DNA of 62,528 bases, filler included, from Collodictyon triciliatum (Eukaryota): NCBI GenBank assembly GCA_043381765.1. It is 5 parts of 5 records of this genome, joined end to end, with 100 filler letters (N's around TTAATTAATTAA, not from the genome) between each part and the next. Parts side by side here need not be neighbours in the genome. Positions count along the whole stretch, not along the records: positions 1 to 22,705 come from JBHJMP010000215.1; positions 22,806 to 36,883 come from JBHJMP010000218.1; 3 more parts are not named here. One strand, given 5' to 3'. The notes beneath the pieces are model-generated. The model made no database searches and was not told the origin of the DNA. It saw nothing but the letters and a program-made list of their open reading frames with translations. Shown piece after piece: positions 13,982 to 27,100 of this stretch (its first letter is position 1; each line of letters opens with the position of its first letter). Both the position numbers and the translations under genes were made by a program.

Positions 13982-16898
13982 ATGCTGCAAATGTCTCGCA
14001 GAAGCAAAGATTCCAGAGGCACCGACGAGACAAGCACGCCGCTTCTTGACGTCTCGAAAAAATACAGTCTTTACACAGAGGACAAAGACAAAGACGTTCA
14101 GCCTCGGTCTGGACTAGCAACTCCGGAAGATTTGGATCGTTCCCGACGGGGTCGACAGGATGGCTCGGCCCTGAACTCCGCAGAGAGTTTCAGATCTTTG
14201 TTTCGCTCTGCTCGCAGCATGAATCAATCGGTAATATATGTGCATGGATATTGAATGCTTTTCTTTTTCTTTCTATTTCCTTGTATCCTTTTCATTCTTT
14301 TCTTTTTCCTCCACTATTTCTTTCTTTATTCAGCCGCTGCAGTTTTTTCAGACTGGTTCATTTCGCACAATTTTATTATTACGTTCATTACATTTGAAAA
14401 ATCTTGCCAACAGTTGTGACGTGTGATATGTTTTTGTATGACCTTTATGTCCATTTATTTATTTATTTATTTTAAAGTATTTCTATATGTCCCTTGATTT
14501 TTTTCTTCCCTCTACTTTATTCTATTTCAATTTATGGACATATTGTATTTCATTTAATCATCACACTCAACTTAATCGACACTTGTACCCTTTCAGTGAG
14601 GCTGAATTATAACAATATGTGTTGGTTTTGATGTTCAACATTTCCAATTCACTTGCGCAAATCAAAAACATGAGCTTTTTTTTTTTTTAAAGAAGAGCAC
14701 AGCTAGTCCAGATTTAATCAATCTAGACTCACTTTTCTTTCTCTATTTCGGTTTCCACATTATCTCTTCCGGTTATGCTTTGAATCAGGAGTTTTCTGGT
14801 GATCCCATCGCGGCTGGAGCATTTCCAGTCACGGCCCAAGAACTATCTCGGCTGCATTCAGAAAGAGATCTGACAGAGTTGGAACGCTGGGGCGGTATCA
14901 ACGGAGTGTTGAAATCCGTTTACTCTGATATGAAGAAGGGAATCGCTCTACATACACTCGATCGCCGATTCGATGCGTGAGTGATTCTTGCTCCTCGCAG
15001 CTCTTTTATGTCCTTACTTGATACCAACTGTTTCTTTATTTGTTGAAACAATTCCTTAAGTGCATGCTAGTACCTTCTACAAAGAAAAAAAAGAAAAGAA
15101 CGCTTGTCCTCTGTAACTTCCTTAATAACCCCTCTATCCTTTTACTTGCAACCATGCCAATCTTTTAATGGTTTGTAGATTTGGCCGGAATCAGTATCCT
15201 GAGCCGCCCTTGCATACTTTCTGGGAGCATTTCAAAGATGGGCTCGATGATACAACTATTCGTATTCTTATAGTTGCCGGAATATTTTCGGTTATCATCG
15301 AAGTAGCCACTGCAGATGATGAGGACGAACGTAGCAAATCATGGGTTGAAGGCTTTGGTATTCTCCTGGCAGTCATTTGTGTCGGCCTGGTCACTGCATG
15401 GAACAATTATTCAAAGGAGCTTCAATTCCGCTCCCTGAATACAATTAAAAATAATCGAGCGGCTCGTGTCATTCGAGATGGGGTTCAACAGCAGGCCTTT
15501 TCGTTCGATATTGCTGTTGGCGACGTTATTTGTTTGGATGCTGGAGATATGATACCAGCGGATGGGTTTCTAATAAATGGATTTGGTACGTATGGATAAA
15601 TGGTTTCCTAAATATAGTTCTGTTTTTAATTGCCAAGTCAGTCCTTCGTCTCTTTTTCTTTTTCTTTTTCTTTTTCTTCTTCTTTTTCTTTTATCTCTGT
15701 TTCTGTTTCTGTTTTAATCTTCCTTCTTCTTTACGAGCACATCTTGACTATATCCAGCAAGAACATAGCGATTTTTTTAATTCGTTTGATATCCTCCGCA
15801 CGCCCGTAGACATTGAGGTTGATGAATCAGCAATGACAGGAGAGTCGTATACATTGAAGAAAGGAAAAGAAGATCCGTTTATGCTTTCAGGCTGCCAAGT
15901 AAGACTATAATTTATGTGGACCATCTATTACACGCTTTTAAATATTACACACGGCCTCGAAACTAGAATTACCCTGCATATGTACAAGCCCTCCTCAAAC
16001 ACTTGGCTGTATTTGAATCATGAACTAGCCATTATTTGCTTTATGTTCATAAGATTACGCAAGGGACTGGATCAATGGTTGCAACATGTGTTGGGATTAA
16101 CTCAGAATGGGGTCGACTTCTCTCTACTTTGGCTGAAGAGCGTGAAGAGACTCCCCTTCAATCAAAACTAAATGTTTTGGCTGAGCGTAATGCTTTTATA
16201 CATTTCAATACTTTGAATTCTTCAGATAATATAGTCATATCTCTTCCTATTTTCTTACTCACCTCTTCAATTTTTTTCTTAGAGATTGGTAAATTTGGTG
16301 TTGCTGCAGCGTTGCTGACGTTCTCAGTTCTTATGATCCGATGGATTGTGGATGCAAATATCCTTTTTCTTTTCTTTTCTTTCCCTTTTTTTAAAATTCA
16401 ACAAAACAAGAGTACTAGAGCAGATACTCCAATGCAGTTGGCCTTTATCTCCATTCTCAAATATTTCAACGATTCCTTTTAATTTTCGATATTTCTTTTA
16501 TTGTTTGAGACTTTTTTTCTTATTTTTCCTATGCTTTTTCTTTTTTTATTAGATTATTCATTATACGTTTTATATATTACCATTCAATATTATTTTCATC
16601 ATATCTCGAAAATTTCCCCACCTGTGATCTTTAATTTTGGCTACTTCAAGATTTCGAAACTGGCGACCTAACAGACATCCTCGACTACTTTATAATCGGA
16701 GTTACAATCGTTGTCATTGCTGTCCCAGAAGGTCTGCCGCTGGCTATCACTATATCCCTTGCGTACTCGATGAAGAGAATGTACAAAGAAAATAACCTTG
16801 TCCGTCACCTTGAAGCGTGTGAAATTATGGGTGGAGTGACAAATATTTGCTCGGATAAAACTGGGACTCTGACAATGAATAGAATGACAGTAGTTCAG
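13982..16898 (+). CDS. Plasma-membrane-type Ca2+-ATPase (P2B/PMCA), N-terminal half only
   Basis: Motifs [74 protein letters not shown] and CSDKTGTLT. The gene stops at a microsatellite/N gap. Start codon approximate. Confidence 0.93.
16358..16644 (+). other. U12-type intron (AT-AC; an AT-AG end at 16650 is also in frame) in the PMCA gene
   Basis: Donor ATATCCTTTT, branch-like ATCTTTAAT at 16627-16635, acceptor CTAC|. Splicing gives [24 protein letters not shown]. Confidence 0.75.
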
Positions 16899-17072
16899 GT
16901 TCATAATATGGATATTGCTTATTCATATAATCTTCAACTATGCTATACCATATGAAATCAAAAGATTCTATCATTATTTGAGCCACAGTCAATTGACCTA
17001 ACGATATGAACCATTGTTTTCTTGGTGCTGTCATTTAAAAGTTTGAGCATATCATCACCTAATACATATGTA

Positions 17073-17169
<97 letters not shown>

Positions 17170-17347
17170 GTATGTATGTNNNNNNNNNNNNNNNNNNNNN
17201 NNNNNNNNNNNNNNNNNNNNNNNNNNNNNNNNNNNNNNNNNNNNNNNNNNNNNNNNNNTATGTATGTATGTATGTATGTATGTATGTATGTATGTATGTA
17301 TGTTCCTTCTTGGCGAAATGGATGCATGCGGTGTTGCTACCGCGCTT

Positions 17348-20300
17348 TCATCGATACTCACCAAACACTGGCGCCGAGCCGGAAAACAGCCCTGCCGGAG
17401 AAATGATGTCCCCGACTTGAGTCTTGTGGAAGGCGGGCATCGCGTGCAAATGCGCAGCCGCCAGGTTGGGACCGATGCCGCTTGGGTGGAATCCGAGTCC
17501 GTATGGCATCGCTGGTTCCATGAGGTCGTCTCCGAGAATCTCTTCGGGACACATGGCCATGTTGAGCAAGTCCTGGATTTCTGCATCCTCGTCCAGCATA
17601 TCGTAGTATTCAGGCGTCTGACTTGCGTTCATGCCGAACGGCGCCTGCTCCAGGAAGTTGCTGGGGACCGAGGGACCGGCACCAACTGGGGGGATGTGCG
17701 GTGGGAGATACCCGTTCATGGGCGCCGCACTGGTCCGATCCAAGCGTGCACCGGGGCCATGGCGCAATCCAAGAATGGACGGAACTGAAAACAAGGATGG
17801 CGTGTTTGCATAGACAGGCTGCCTCTGCGCGGGAGGCTGTCTGCCGGGCGCGTTCCCTTGAGAAAAGACCGACTCGACGTTGAGCGGTATGACTGTTGGA
17901 TTGAGTGGGATGTGGCTGATGGAGCCCGGGAAGCCTATGTTTGAGCTGTCGGCTGCGAAGCCGGGTATTTGCGTTGTCTGTTCTGACTTTGCGCTCAGAA
18001 TAGAGCCTGGCTTTCCGTGAGACGGGTTGCCTGATGGCATGCCGAGAATCGGCTGGCTTTGCTGCAGTGGAAGAGATTTTGCTGTGCTCCATGAAGATAA
18101 AGAGGAGGAGTTTGACGATGACGACGACGAAGCTGGGTTCTGCATGGATTTTGAGGCATTTGAGGTGCTAGCGCGGTCGATGTCGGACGGGTTTGTCCCG
18201 AGCGGCGGGAAATCGTGTGGAGACAACAAAATGGATTTTGATGCTGCCGATGTATTGTCCAGAGGATAATTAGACGCAAGTCTGTCCAACTCCGTGCTTT
18301 TTTCGTAGTTAATGACTCGTGGAGTGACGGAAGGGACTGTCCTATCCGAAACTGTGTTTGGAGGCTCCGCAAAAACCGAGGTTGTTGGTGGGCGATTCGG
18401 AACTATGGCGGGGGTATAGGGACTACCACTGGCTTCGTTTGCAGCTTTTTCCTTGGGGGTTGAGGTTTTCGTCTGCGACGCGCTCGTGTTACTGGGTTGT
18501 TTGCTTTGTGATTCGTTGTCAATACGCTCTTTTCGGTTCACAGAAGGACTTGGCTGGATTGTGGTGGCTCCAACTGCTGCCGGCCTTTGGTCGGGTGCCT
18601 GCTTGCCTGAAGAATGGGTATCCTCGTTTGGAGAGGGTTTTTGTGGTTGAGACGCATTGGATGGTGGCTTTCCTTGTTTTTCTTGGGAGTTTGTCAGAGA
18701 CTTTTGTGTTGAAGGCGAATTTGTCTGAGGCTTGCTTGATGAAGCTTTGGTTTTTGATTCTGGTGTCTATTCAAAGAATTTATAATTACATACAAGCATG
18801 ATTGTATTTCACTTATATTCAGTTACTCGTCTTAAAAGAGATACACATATTGATTATTATTCCTATTATTATCTTTTTTTTTTAAAAAAAAAAAGAGAGA
18901 AGTGCAAACACACAAATTCGAATAAGAAAAAGATAGATACTTTTTGCTGCGTCTGGTTCCCTGCTTTGGCCTCCTTAGCTGTTGGCGGGGTTTGCGAGTT
19001 TGATTGAGCCTGCTTTTCGTTGGGTGGATTTGAGGTTGTCTGACTGGATTCGACTCTTTTGTCGGCCTTCTGTTTGGTCTTATTGAGAAGAGGGGTTGTT
19101 TCGTTCGGCTTTTCAGCTGTCTCTGGGGCTTCAAGATTACCCTGTACCTCCTTTGTGGGTGTCTTTGTTTCTGATGGTTTTGTTTCTGGCTGCTTCTCGT
19201 GTGTACCGCTCTTTGGGGCACCATCTGACTCGGGTGGTTGCTGCTCTTGTTGTTCTTTTTGTTGCTCCTGTTGTTGCTCCAAACGAGCAGCCTTTTCCTG
19301 CTGCTTCTTTGCCTTTTTCTCCTGATGCTTACGAATTTTTTCCTCTTGTTTCTTTTTGAGTGCTTCTTCTCGAAGTTTTCGCTCCTGTTCTTCCTTCTCT
19401 TTTCTTCTGAGCTCCTCTTGCTGCCTTTTCTGCTCCTCAAGAAGCTTCTTTCGACGCTCTTCCTCGAGCTTGACCTCGCGGAGTTTTTGTTGACGAAGCC
19501 GCTCTTCCTCTTCTTTCTGCTGCTTCTCTTTGAGTCTCTTTTCCTTGTCTTCCTCAGCCTTTTGTTTTAACAGCTTCTTTTTGTCCTTCTTTTCCTTGCG
19601 CCTACGCTTCTCTTCATCCTTGCGGCGCATTTCAGCCTCCATCTCCTGTAGAAGCTTCTGTTGCTTCAAGTAAGCATTTTGCTCACGATAAGCTGCGAGG
19701 ATGCGCTGCTGGAACAGGCGCGTGGCAAAGACATAAAACATCCTGCGCCCTTCCTCCTGGTGCTCCTCCTCTGGTGTTGAGTAGCCATCTTCGTCATCCT
19801 CGTCATCCTCGTCGACAAGCGGCTTCGGCAAGTAATTATCGCAGTCCTGCTCAATCGGATGTTCGTACTCCCGACAAGTAGTGTGGAGTGCGTGGTTTAG
19901 GTGTGTCTGGTCCACAGCAAACTGAGGGTCGATGTCTGACAGGCGGAAGGCACCGTTGCCTTCATCGATCATCAGAAAGTCATAATGGCGTGCATTGGAC
20001 GACGGATCCGTCTTGCGGTAGATGTACGACCACGCCCTTTTGTCCTTGCCTTCGATCGGCACCTCAACCTTCTCCCAATATCCACCCTGCGTGTGTTCGA
20101 TGATTTCAGGTGGCTCCTGTCCTTCTTCGTACTCAAACTCGTCATCGTACTCATCGTCTTCTTCGTCATCAAAGTCTGCATCGGCTGCCATGTGGCTGTG
20201 ATGATGGAGATGAGAGTGATGCCGATGGCTGATCTCGTCGACGTAATCCTCGCCTTCGTCTGCGCCGTTCTCTTCATCATCGTCCTCCAGGTCATCATAG

Positions 20301-21427
20301 TCGTCTTCTTCATCGTCGTCCTCATAATCGCCACCATCGTTCTCGTCTTCGTAATCGTCATCATCCTCATCGCCATTGTCGAAGCGATAATCGTCGCGGG
20401 CTTCAGCCGTAGAAACCATGTTGACCTTGTCGATCAGATCGAGGAAGCCACGGCCGTTGTTTTGCAGATACACCTCTGAGACCGTCAGAGTGTTTTCGCG
20501 GAAGAACAGCGCATGAGTTAGATCTGTCCCGTCGAGAAAGATGGAGCAAAGGCCCGAGTGGGCAGGATTTGCAGACGTGTGGTCCCGCTTGAGGGTTGGG
20601 CGAGCATCATAAAGCAGGTCGAGCTCCTTCTCCATGGCGCTGTTCTTGGACCCGCAGACGGAGCACGAGCAGGACTGGCGATGCTGCTCTTTCATCTGCT
20701 GCATCATCGTCTCGCGGTCAAGCTGCGCCAGTCTTCGCCGCTGGTCGTCCCGCAGGGAAAGCCAGAACTGCCGCATGCGGATTTTCTCGTCGCGCTCGGA
20801 CTGGCTCCAGATGTTGTTGCGAATCTTGGATCCTGTCTGCGTGTGGGCGGCCGTGTGGGAGGAGATTGCAGAGGACAGAGACGATGATGGCGGTATGGTG
20901 TGCAGCTCTCTTGATGCACCATCGCTGACTGCTGCCTTTGTAGTGGTAGTAGTTGTTGATGTTGATGTTGATGTTGATGTTGATGTTGATGTTGATGTTG
21001 ATGTTGATGTTGATGTTGATGTTGATGTTGATGTTGATGTTGATGTTGATGTTACTGTTACTGTTGCTGCGAGCTGCGGTGATGTATGATGCGCCTTTGC
21101 GTTTGCGGCCTTTGGCTTTCGTGCGGCTGACTCGCCCGTGGCTGATCCTCGGTTTTGCATTTGTGCCTGTGTTTGGGAAGACTTTGTGCTGGAAGCAACA
21201 GTCTCTGTGCGCATGCGCTTCATGTTTTCATCGCCCGTGTAGTCGCCTTCGTTGACGTATTTGAATAAGGATGCCGGGGCGATCTGGTCTCCCGGTGTGG
21301 CGGTTGATGAGCCGGGCAAAGGCGATGCGGTGGAGTCGGGTTTTGCTGCTTTCTTTTTCTTGTTTTTGTTCTTTGCAGCAGATGTGGTTGTGGCTGTGGC
21401 TGTGGCTGTGTTCGTTGGCTCGGTCAT
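17348..21427 (-). CDS. NST1: Stress response protein NST1-like, 2 exons (intron 18767-18940)
   Basis: IWSQSERDEKIRMRQFWLSLRDDQRRRLAQLDRETMMQQMKEQHRQSCSCSVCG..EKELDLLYDA and EEGRRMFYVFATRLFQQRILAAYREQ..QQKLLQEME match the conserved fungal Nst1 blocks. An acidic tract, a coiled coil and a low-complexity tail follow. The intron joins ORF 18869-21427 to the frame of ORF 17348-18541. Confidence 0.85.
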
Positions 21428-22023
21428 TTCTGGTGTTCTTCTGTTTATGTGTGCCTTCAGGATGAGTGATCGGCTGCTCCTTGACTACTGCCCAAACATA
21501 AGGAGAGAAAGTGGGTGGATTAATATATTTAAGAATAAGAGATAGAAAGAAAGGAAGGAAGGAAGAAAAGGAAAAAGGAGAGAGTAGGCTGCAGGTGTTA
21601 TGTTTGGTGCAGGTTGCTTGCAGTTTCGCCATGTCGAGTGCGCTGGAATTCTGGTATGAACATGAAAGACCTGCCCGTAGAAAGGCGAAGCAGAACAAGC
21701 AGAGAAAGCGGGCGAATCGGGTGTGTGGTTAGTCGCATCAGAGGAATCATCCTTCCCTTCACAACCAGCTTCGTGATCAATCAGCAAACACAAGCCGCTT
21801 CTTGATGGTGCAAATGTGGAAACGATACATTTTTATCTAAAAATCCAACCTTTTGCAGGGAATAATACTTTATCTCCTTTATAAACGTGCATCATGCAAT
21901 TTGTAATAGTTTTAGATGCGCCAGCCCTTGCATAATTTTCCAAGTCTTTCCGCCAAGGGCGGTGTGGTGTGAGGGAATTGTTGCATCTAAGCGGGCTGCA
22001 GCGCACATGAAGAGAGGGACGCT

Positions 22024-22451
22024 TTATGCTGTTGTCTCTGCCGCTTTCTTCCTGGGCCTCTCGGGCCTTGCGGGCCTGCCGAGTCCCTTGTTTGCGGGTG
22101 AGTCCTTCGACCCCGAGGACGCGCTCTTTGGGGCGGCGACAACCGTGCGTTTGGGCTTTGGTGCGGGCGGCTGGTGCGGCGGGATTTCGCCTTCGGTGAA
22201 GAGCTTCACAATGTCCTGGCTGACCCGGTTTGCCACTGGGACGTCTCGCTGGGTGCCATCACCTGCCATGGTTGCGTGGGGCGGGCATCAGGCGCGGGCT
22301 GTTTGTGGGTGGCGGCTTCAGGGTATGGGTGGAAAGGTACCGTATTTCAGGGAGATGGTCGGCTCCTTCAGCTCCAGGGTGCGGGCGACCTTGAACTGGA
22401 CGGTGGGGTTGTGGAACTTGAGCGTGGGCAGGAACTCGCGGATGAAGTGCC
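22024..22451 (-). CDS. Probable mitochondrial ribosomal protein of the L51/S25/CI-B8 fold (mL61/mS25-like), last two exons
   Basis: HFIREFLPTLKFHNPTVQFKV..EPTISLKY|GDGTQRDV resembles the F...LP.LK.HNP motif of this family. The 5' end is unresolved near the scaffold end. Confidence 0.55.
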
Positions 22452-22705
22452 TGGTTGTTGGGGGGAGAGTTTGGTGGTGAGACTTGCGTTGGGGTCTTTT
22501 CTTTTCTCTGCACTTCCAGTGAGGGAATATGGTTCATGGTACGGCATTTTTCGGATTATGCTCGATTTCCTCTTCTTTTTCTCTGCTTTTTGTTTTTTGT
22601 TTTTTGTTTTTTGTTTTTTGTTTTTTGTTTTTTGTTTTTTGTTTTTTGTTTTTTGTTTTTTGTTTTTTGTTTTTTGTTTTCTTTCTGTCCTTTTTTTTTT
22701 TATGT

Positions 22706-22805
22706 NNNNNNNNNNNNNNNNNNNNNNNNNNNNNNNNNNNNNNNNNNNNTTAATTAATTAANNNNNNNNNNNNNNNNNNNNNNNNNNNNNNNNNNNNNNN
22801 NNNNN
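22706..22805. other. Artificial scaffold spacer (N-TTAATTAATTAA-N); same spacer at 36884-36983, 48908-49007 and 58653-58752
   Basis: Identical all-frame stop linker centred in N runs, four times. Confidence 0.97.
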
Positions 22806-22930
22806 TTTTTCTTTTTCTTTTTCTTTTTCTTTTTCTTTTTCTTTTTCTTTTTCTTTTTCTTTTTCTTTTTCTTTTTCTTTTTCTTTTTCTTTTTCTTTTT
22901 CTAGCCCTTTTCCCAGCCTCTTTCTCACAG

Positions 22931-23342
22931 CCAGTCCACACCCACAGGCACCCGGCCTTCCACGCATGTTCCACAGCACACACCTCGTGCGCTCCGTCAT
23001 CCTTATCTTTGGAGGAAAGCGAGAATACGCGGAGGACGGACTCGAATCGATCTACGCCTTTGATACGGGTATGCACTCGCAGGAATAACAACAACAAATG
23101 ATGCATCATGAATAATGAAAAAGAAAGAGAAAGAGAAAAAGAAAGACACAACAGAAAACACAATCTGAATCCCACGGGCAGACTCGTCCGTCTGGCACAA
23201 GATCACGGATCGGCAAAGCCTTTCGCTCAACGCCCGGCACGGCCAGTCGATCGTGACGCACGGACCGCACATGTATGTCTTTGGCGGCTGCCACCTGCGC
23301 ATCTGCTACAACGACATCCACGAAATGTCCCTCACTTTTTAG
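22931..23342 (+). CDS. Kelch-repeat protein, last two exons (not in the ORF track)
   Basis: PRMFHSTHLVRSVILIFGGK..IYAFDT|DSSVWHKI..ARHGQSIVTHGPHMYVFGG..YNDIHEM*, with a GT-AG phase-1 intron at about 23069-23181. Confidence 0.85.
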
Positions 23343-23806
23343 CCCCTCACGAACCCAAGAAATAAACGAATCACAATCACAATCACAATCACAGTCACGA
23401 TACAACTGCAATCAATGTTGTAAGCACAGTCACAGTCATCACAATCACTCGCCAACCCGAATGTTCACTCTCGTTGCTTCTTTTCTTCTTCTTTTTTTTT
23501 TTTTTAAGATGAGATAAAGAAAAGAGAAGAGAAAAACGACAGAAAATATCGAAGGAAAACAGGCATTATCGCACGATTCGTTCTGTAACAATGCGGAAGG
23601 GGAGGTGGGTGAACAGAGATAAGACTATGGCGTCTGTAAAAGAAAGAAAGAGAGAGAGGAGGAGGAGGAGGAGGAGGAGGTTAGTTGAGAAGCACAAAGG
23701 TTTTCTTCTGCTGTGTTGTTGTGGTTGTCTGTCTGCGATGATGAATCACGATGCTGTTCTTTATGAACGGGTGGACACCCGGTAATCCGCGACGGCTGAT
23801 TTCTGT

Positions 23807-23887
<81 letters not shown>

Positions 23888-24178
23888 TGATTGCGTCTGT
23901 GCTTGGTCGAATGATTGTGAACTCCCTCTCCTTTTTTTTTCTCTTACTCTTTTCTCTCATCCTTGAGTCTTCTTCTTCTTATCTTATACTTCCTTCCTGG
24001 ACAAAAGAGACAGACACTCGTGCATGCAAAGAGAGCAATAACAGAAACAAAAGAGAAAGAAACTTAAAACATAAAATAAAAACAGATAAAAAAAAAAAAG
24101 GAAGGTTAAAAACAAGAAGCGGAGGGCAACAGGAAGAGACAAAGTCGCGCCTTTGCTTGCTTTTGAAGTCTGAGCGAC

Positions 24179-27100
24179 TCAGGCCAGTTTGTTGAAATAA
24201 GTCATGCACGGACGCAGTTTTTGCGGCTGTTTTGTGCGTGTGGAGCGTCGTGTGTATTGGGAGTCGAGGGTTGATTCGACGTCGTGGATTCTTTTGCGCA
24301 TGGCTTTGGAGTGGAAACAGTCCGTGAATCAATTGATGATGGTATGAATGATAATGATATTGATGATGATATTGATGATGATATTGATGATGATATTGAT
24401 GATGATATTGATGATGATATTGATGATGATATTGATGATGGTATTGATGATGATATTGATGATAGCAATAGGAACGAGGAGATATATATGAATTGGGATT
24501 CACAACGCGATATGTATGTATATTCTTGTTTGTTAGTTTCTTACCGGCAACGATTTTTTCTTCGTCTTGTGTGATGATGCGCTTCAATTTTTGCTCGCGG
24601 ATGCCTTTGTCATTCAGGTAGAGTTTGAGCTGCTGGATCTGCACATATGCGGTGGTCAGCTTGGTCATGTGATGTGGTTTGCTGCATCTGATTTATGTGC
24701 GCTTTGCATATTCGAATATGTGCATATCTATCTCTTTGTGTTGGTGTTTGAAAGTATGTTCGACACACAAAAAATTGATAGCTGGGCAGGTGAATGATGA
24801 AACAAAATCAAAATAAAAGGTTCTCTTATTTTTGTTGTGATGGAAAACAGAAAAACCTCCTCAGGGTGCTCGTAAAACCCCCACGATGGACTATTGGGCT
24901 CGTTGTCAACGAAAATGCGGCCATCTCCAAAGTTCCAGTACCTTCGATATGATAGTATTTTATGAATCAATGCTACCCCAGAATATTTAACAAAAGTTAA
25001 AACATAACAAAGGAATAGAGACTAAAAGTGAACGAAAATAATATTATATGTCTTTTGTGCTGGGCCTGAATATATATGTGTTTTAGCGGTATCGAAGGAA
25101 AGAATGACTGAGTGAAGACATAAAAAAACTTCTTTTTTTTTTTAATACCTTTGGTGCTCCCTGTCGTGTCCAATGGGTGTATGACGCACAGCAAACTTGG
25201 CCAAATCTTTTTTCATTTGCTCTTCCTTGAGGAGAAAAAAAAAAGCAAAAAGTCTCGAAGGTTTTCTTGTTGACTCTTGAAGCGGGGGGAAACCCAGCGA
25301 GAGAGTTGCGATGAAATATTTGCGTACTAATATTCGGAATGCAAATAACTCACTCTTATATTGCTTCTCCGCTCATATTCCTCTGTGTCATACTGCTCTT
25401 TCTCCTATATTGAGCATCATTGTTACATCTTCTATGCAACACACCAGCTTTATGAATGACAAATATTTCTGCTGGTATTATTATTTATTATTCTTATTAT
25501 TATTATTATTATTATTTATTATTTATTATTTATTATTTATTATTTATTATTTATTATTTATTATTTATTATTTATTATTTATTATTTATTATTTATTATT
25601 TATTATTTATTATTTTCAACCCAAGAGGGAGAAAAATTAATAATAATAGAAAGGTACGTAAGCTTTGAGTGACTTTGGCTTCCCTCGCGGTTTCCATTCT
25701 CTTCAGTGTTTAAAGTATATTTGAGTAACTTATTATTTATCTTATATGACCGTGTTTTATTTTTTTTTTTAAAAAAAAAAGGGATAAAAATTGGATAATG
25801 TTTTTTTTTTGTTTACATTGGCTTCTTCTGTTCCAAAGATTCGTCATTTTCACTCGCATTCCCTTTATCCTGATTTGGTTTTAATTAATTACTTTTTTTT
25901 TTTTTGTTAAAAGAATAACACTCAAATATGCTCTCTTTATTTCTTTGTATCTTTGTATATTTATTTCCGAGACTTGTAGATAAAAAACCAGCAAATTTAA
26001 GCGTGACGGGACGTATTAATTATATTTATCTATAGGAGCTTACCTCTAAGAGTTCTCTCCTATCACTCAAGTCATGTTCTCGCGCTTCTTGCTTCAACTC
26101 GGCTATCTTTTCGATATTTGAATCCATAACCGACCTTTTAATGATTTTTTATTGTTGTATTATAAATCACAAATAATAGCGAGAGAAAAACTTACACTCG
26201 CGAATAATTTACGAAACACTATCGCCACAATACTGCAATTTTTTTTCAAAAAAAAAAGAAAAACCTTATTTCGTTTGTTTCTAGTACTTTTTGAATAAGG
26301 AATTCCAACAAGCAAATTTTTTCCTTTATTGAAGGTATGAAATATTTAATAAATAAAAAAGAACTCTTCGCCAGAAATGCTCAGTAGATTTTTTTTTCAA
26401 ATTTTTGTAAATAATGCAATCATAAAAAATTTTTAAGTAACCCTGTCTGATTAGGGCGAATGGGAAATTGAATTTTCTAAAACGAAGGCTCTAAACTTTA
26501 TCCACACGATATTTCAGGAACACAAAATATTTTCATTCCAATTGTAAATCAAATCGCACCTGCGTTTTGAGATGCGCATACCCAAATTTGAGATTTGGAA
26601 CGAAGCGATAATCGGGTTTTATCTTATAGAATTCGTCCTGTTTGACACTGCATTAATACCTCAAAAAAAATTTGCTCGAAAAATCATTCCAGCAGGCGTG
26701 GTTTTATTAAAATATACATATTCGCTGTGGCTACTCTGTATGTATTTGGCCAGTTTAGATTCCCAGTTGTCGACTAAATCCAGAAAAAAAAAAACATCCT
26801 TCGTTATTAGGAGAAAAAAATATAAAATGTGTGTGATTTTAAGCAAACCTCACTCTTTTTCAAAAGACAAAAAACGTACCTGTTACGGATTTTTCGCTTT
26901 CGTTGTGTACGTCACTTAGAATGGACTTCAACAGTTGAGAATATAGAGAAGATATCAAAGGGCTTTTCTGAACGGTGGACATGTATTTGTGTAAAAAGTA
27001 CAGGGTTTAGTGCCAACAGATGAAGTAAATTGTTGGGACAGGCCATATAAACGCACGTCAAGGTAGTGAGGAGATGTTGATGATAATGATAATGATAATG

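Noticed and set aside
14283-14292. GTATCCTTTT motif in PMCA intron 1
   Set aside because: It lies downstream of an in-frame stop; the donor at 14231 joins the next exon in phase.
18767-18940. NST1 intron donor GTATCTAT as U12-type
   Set aside because: Two mismatches to the consensus and no properly spaced branch motif.
22750-22761. Palindromic TTAATTAATTAA recurring four times
   Set aside because: Always centred in N runs, so it is an artificial contig linker.
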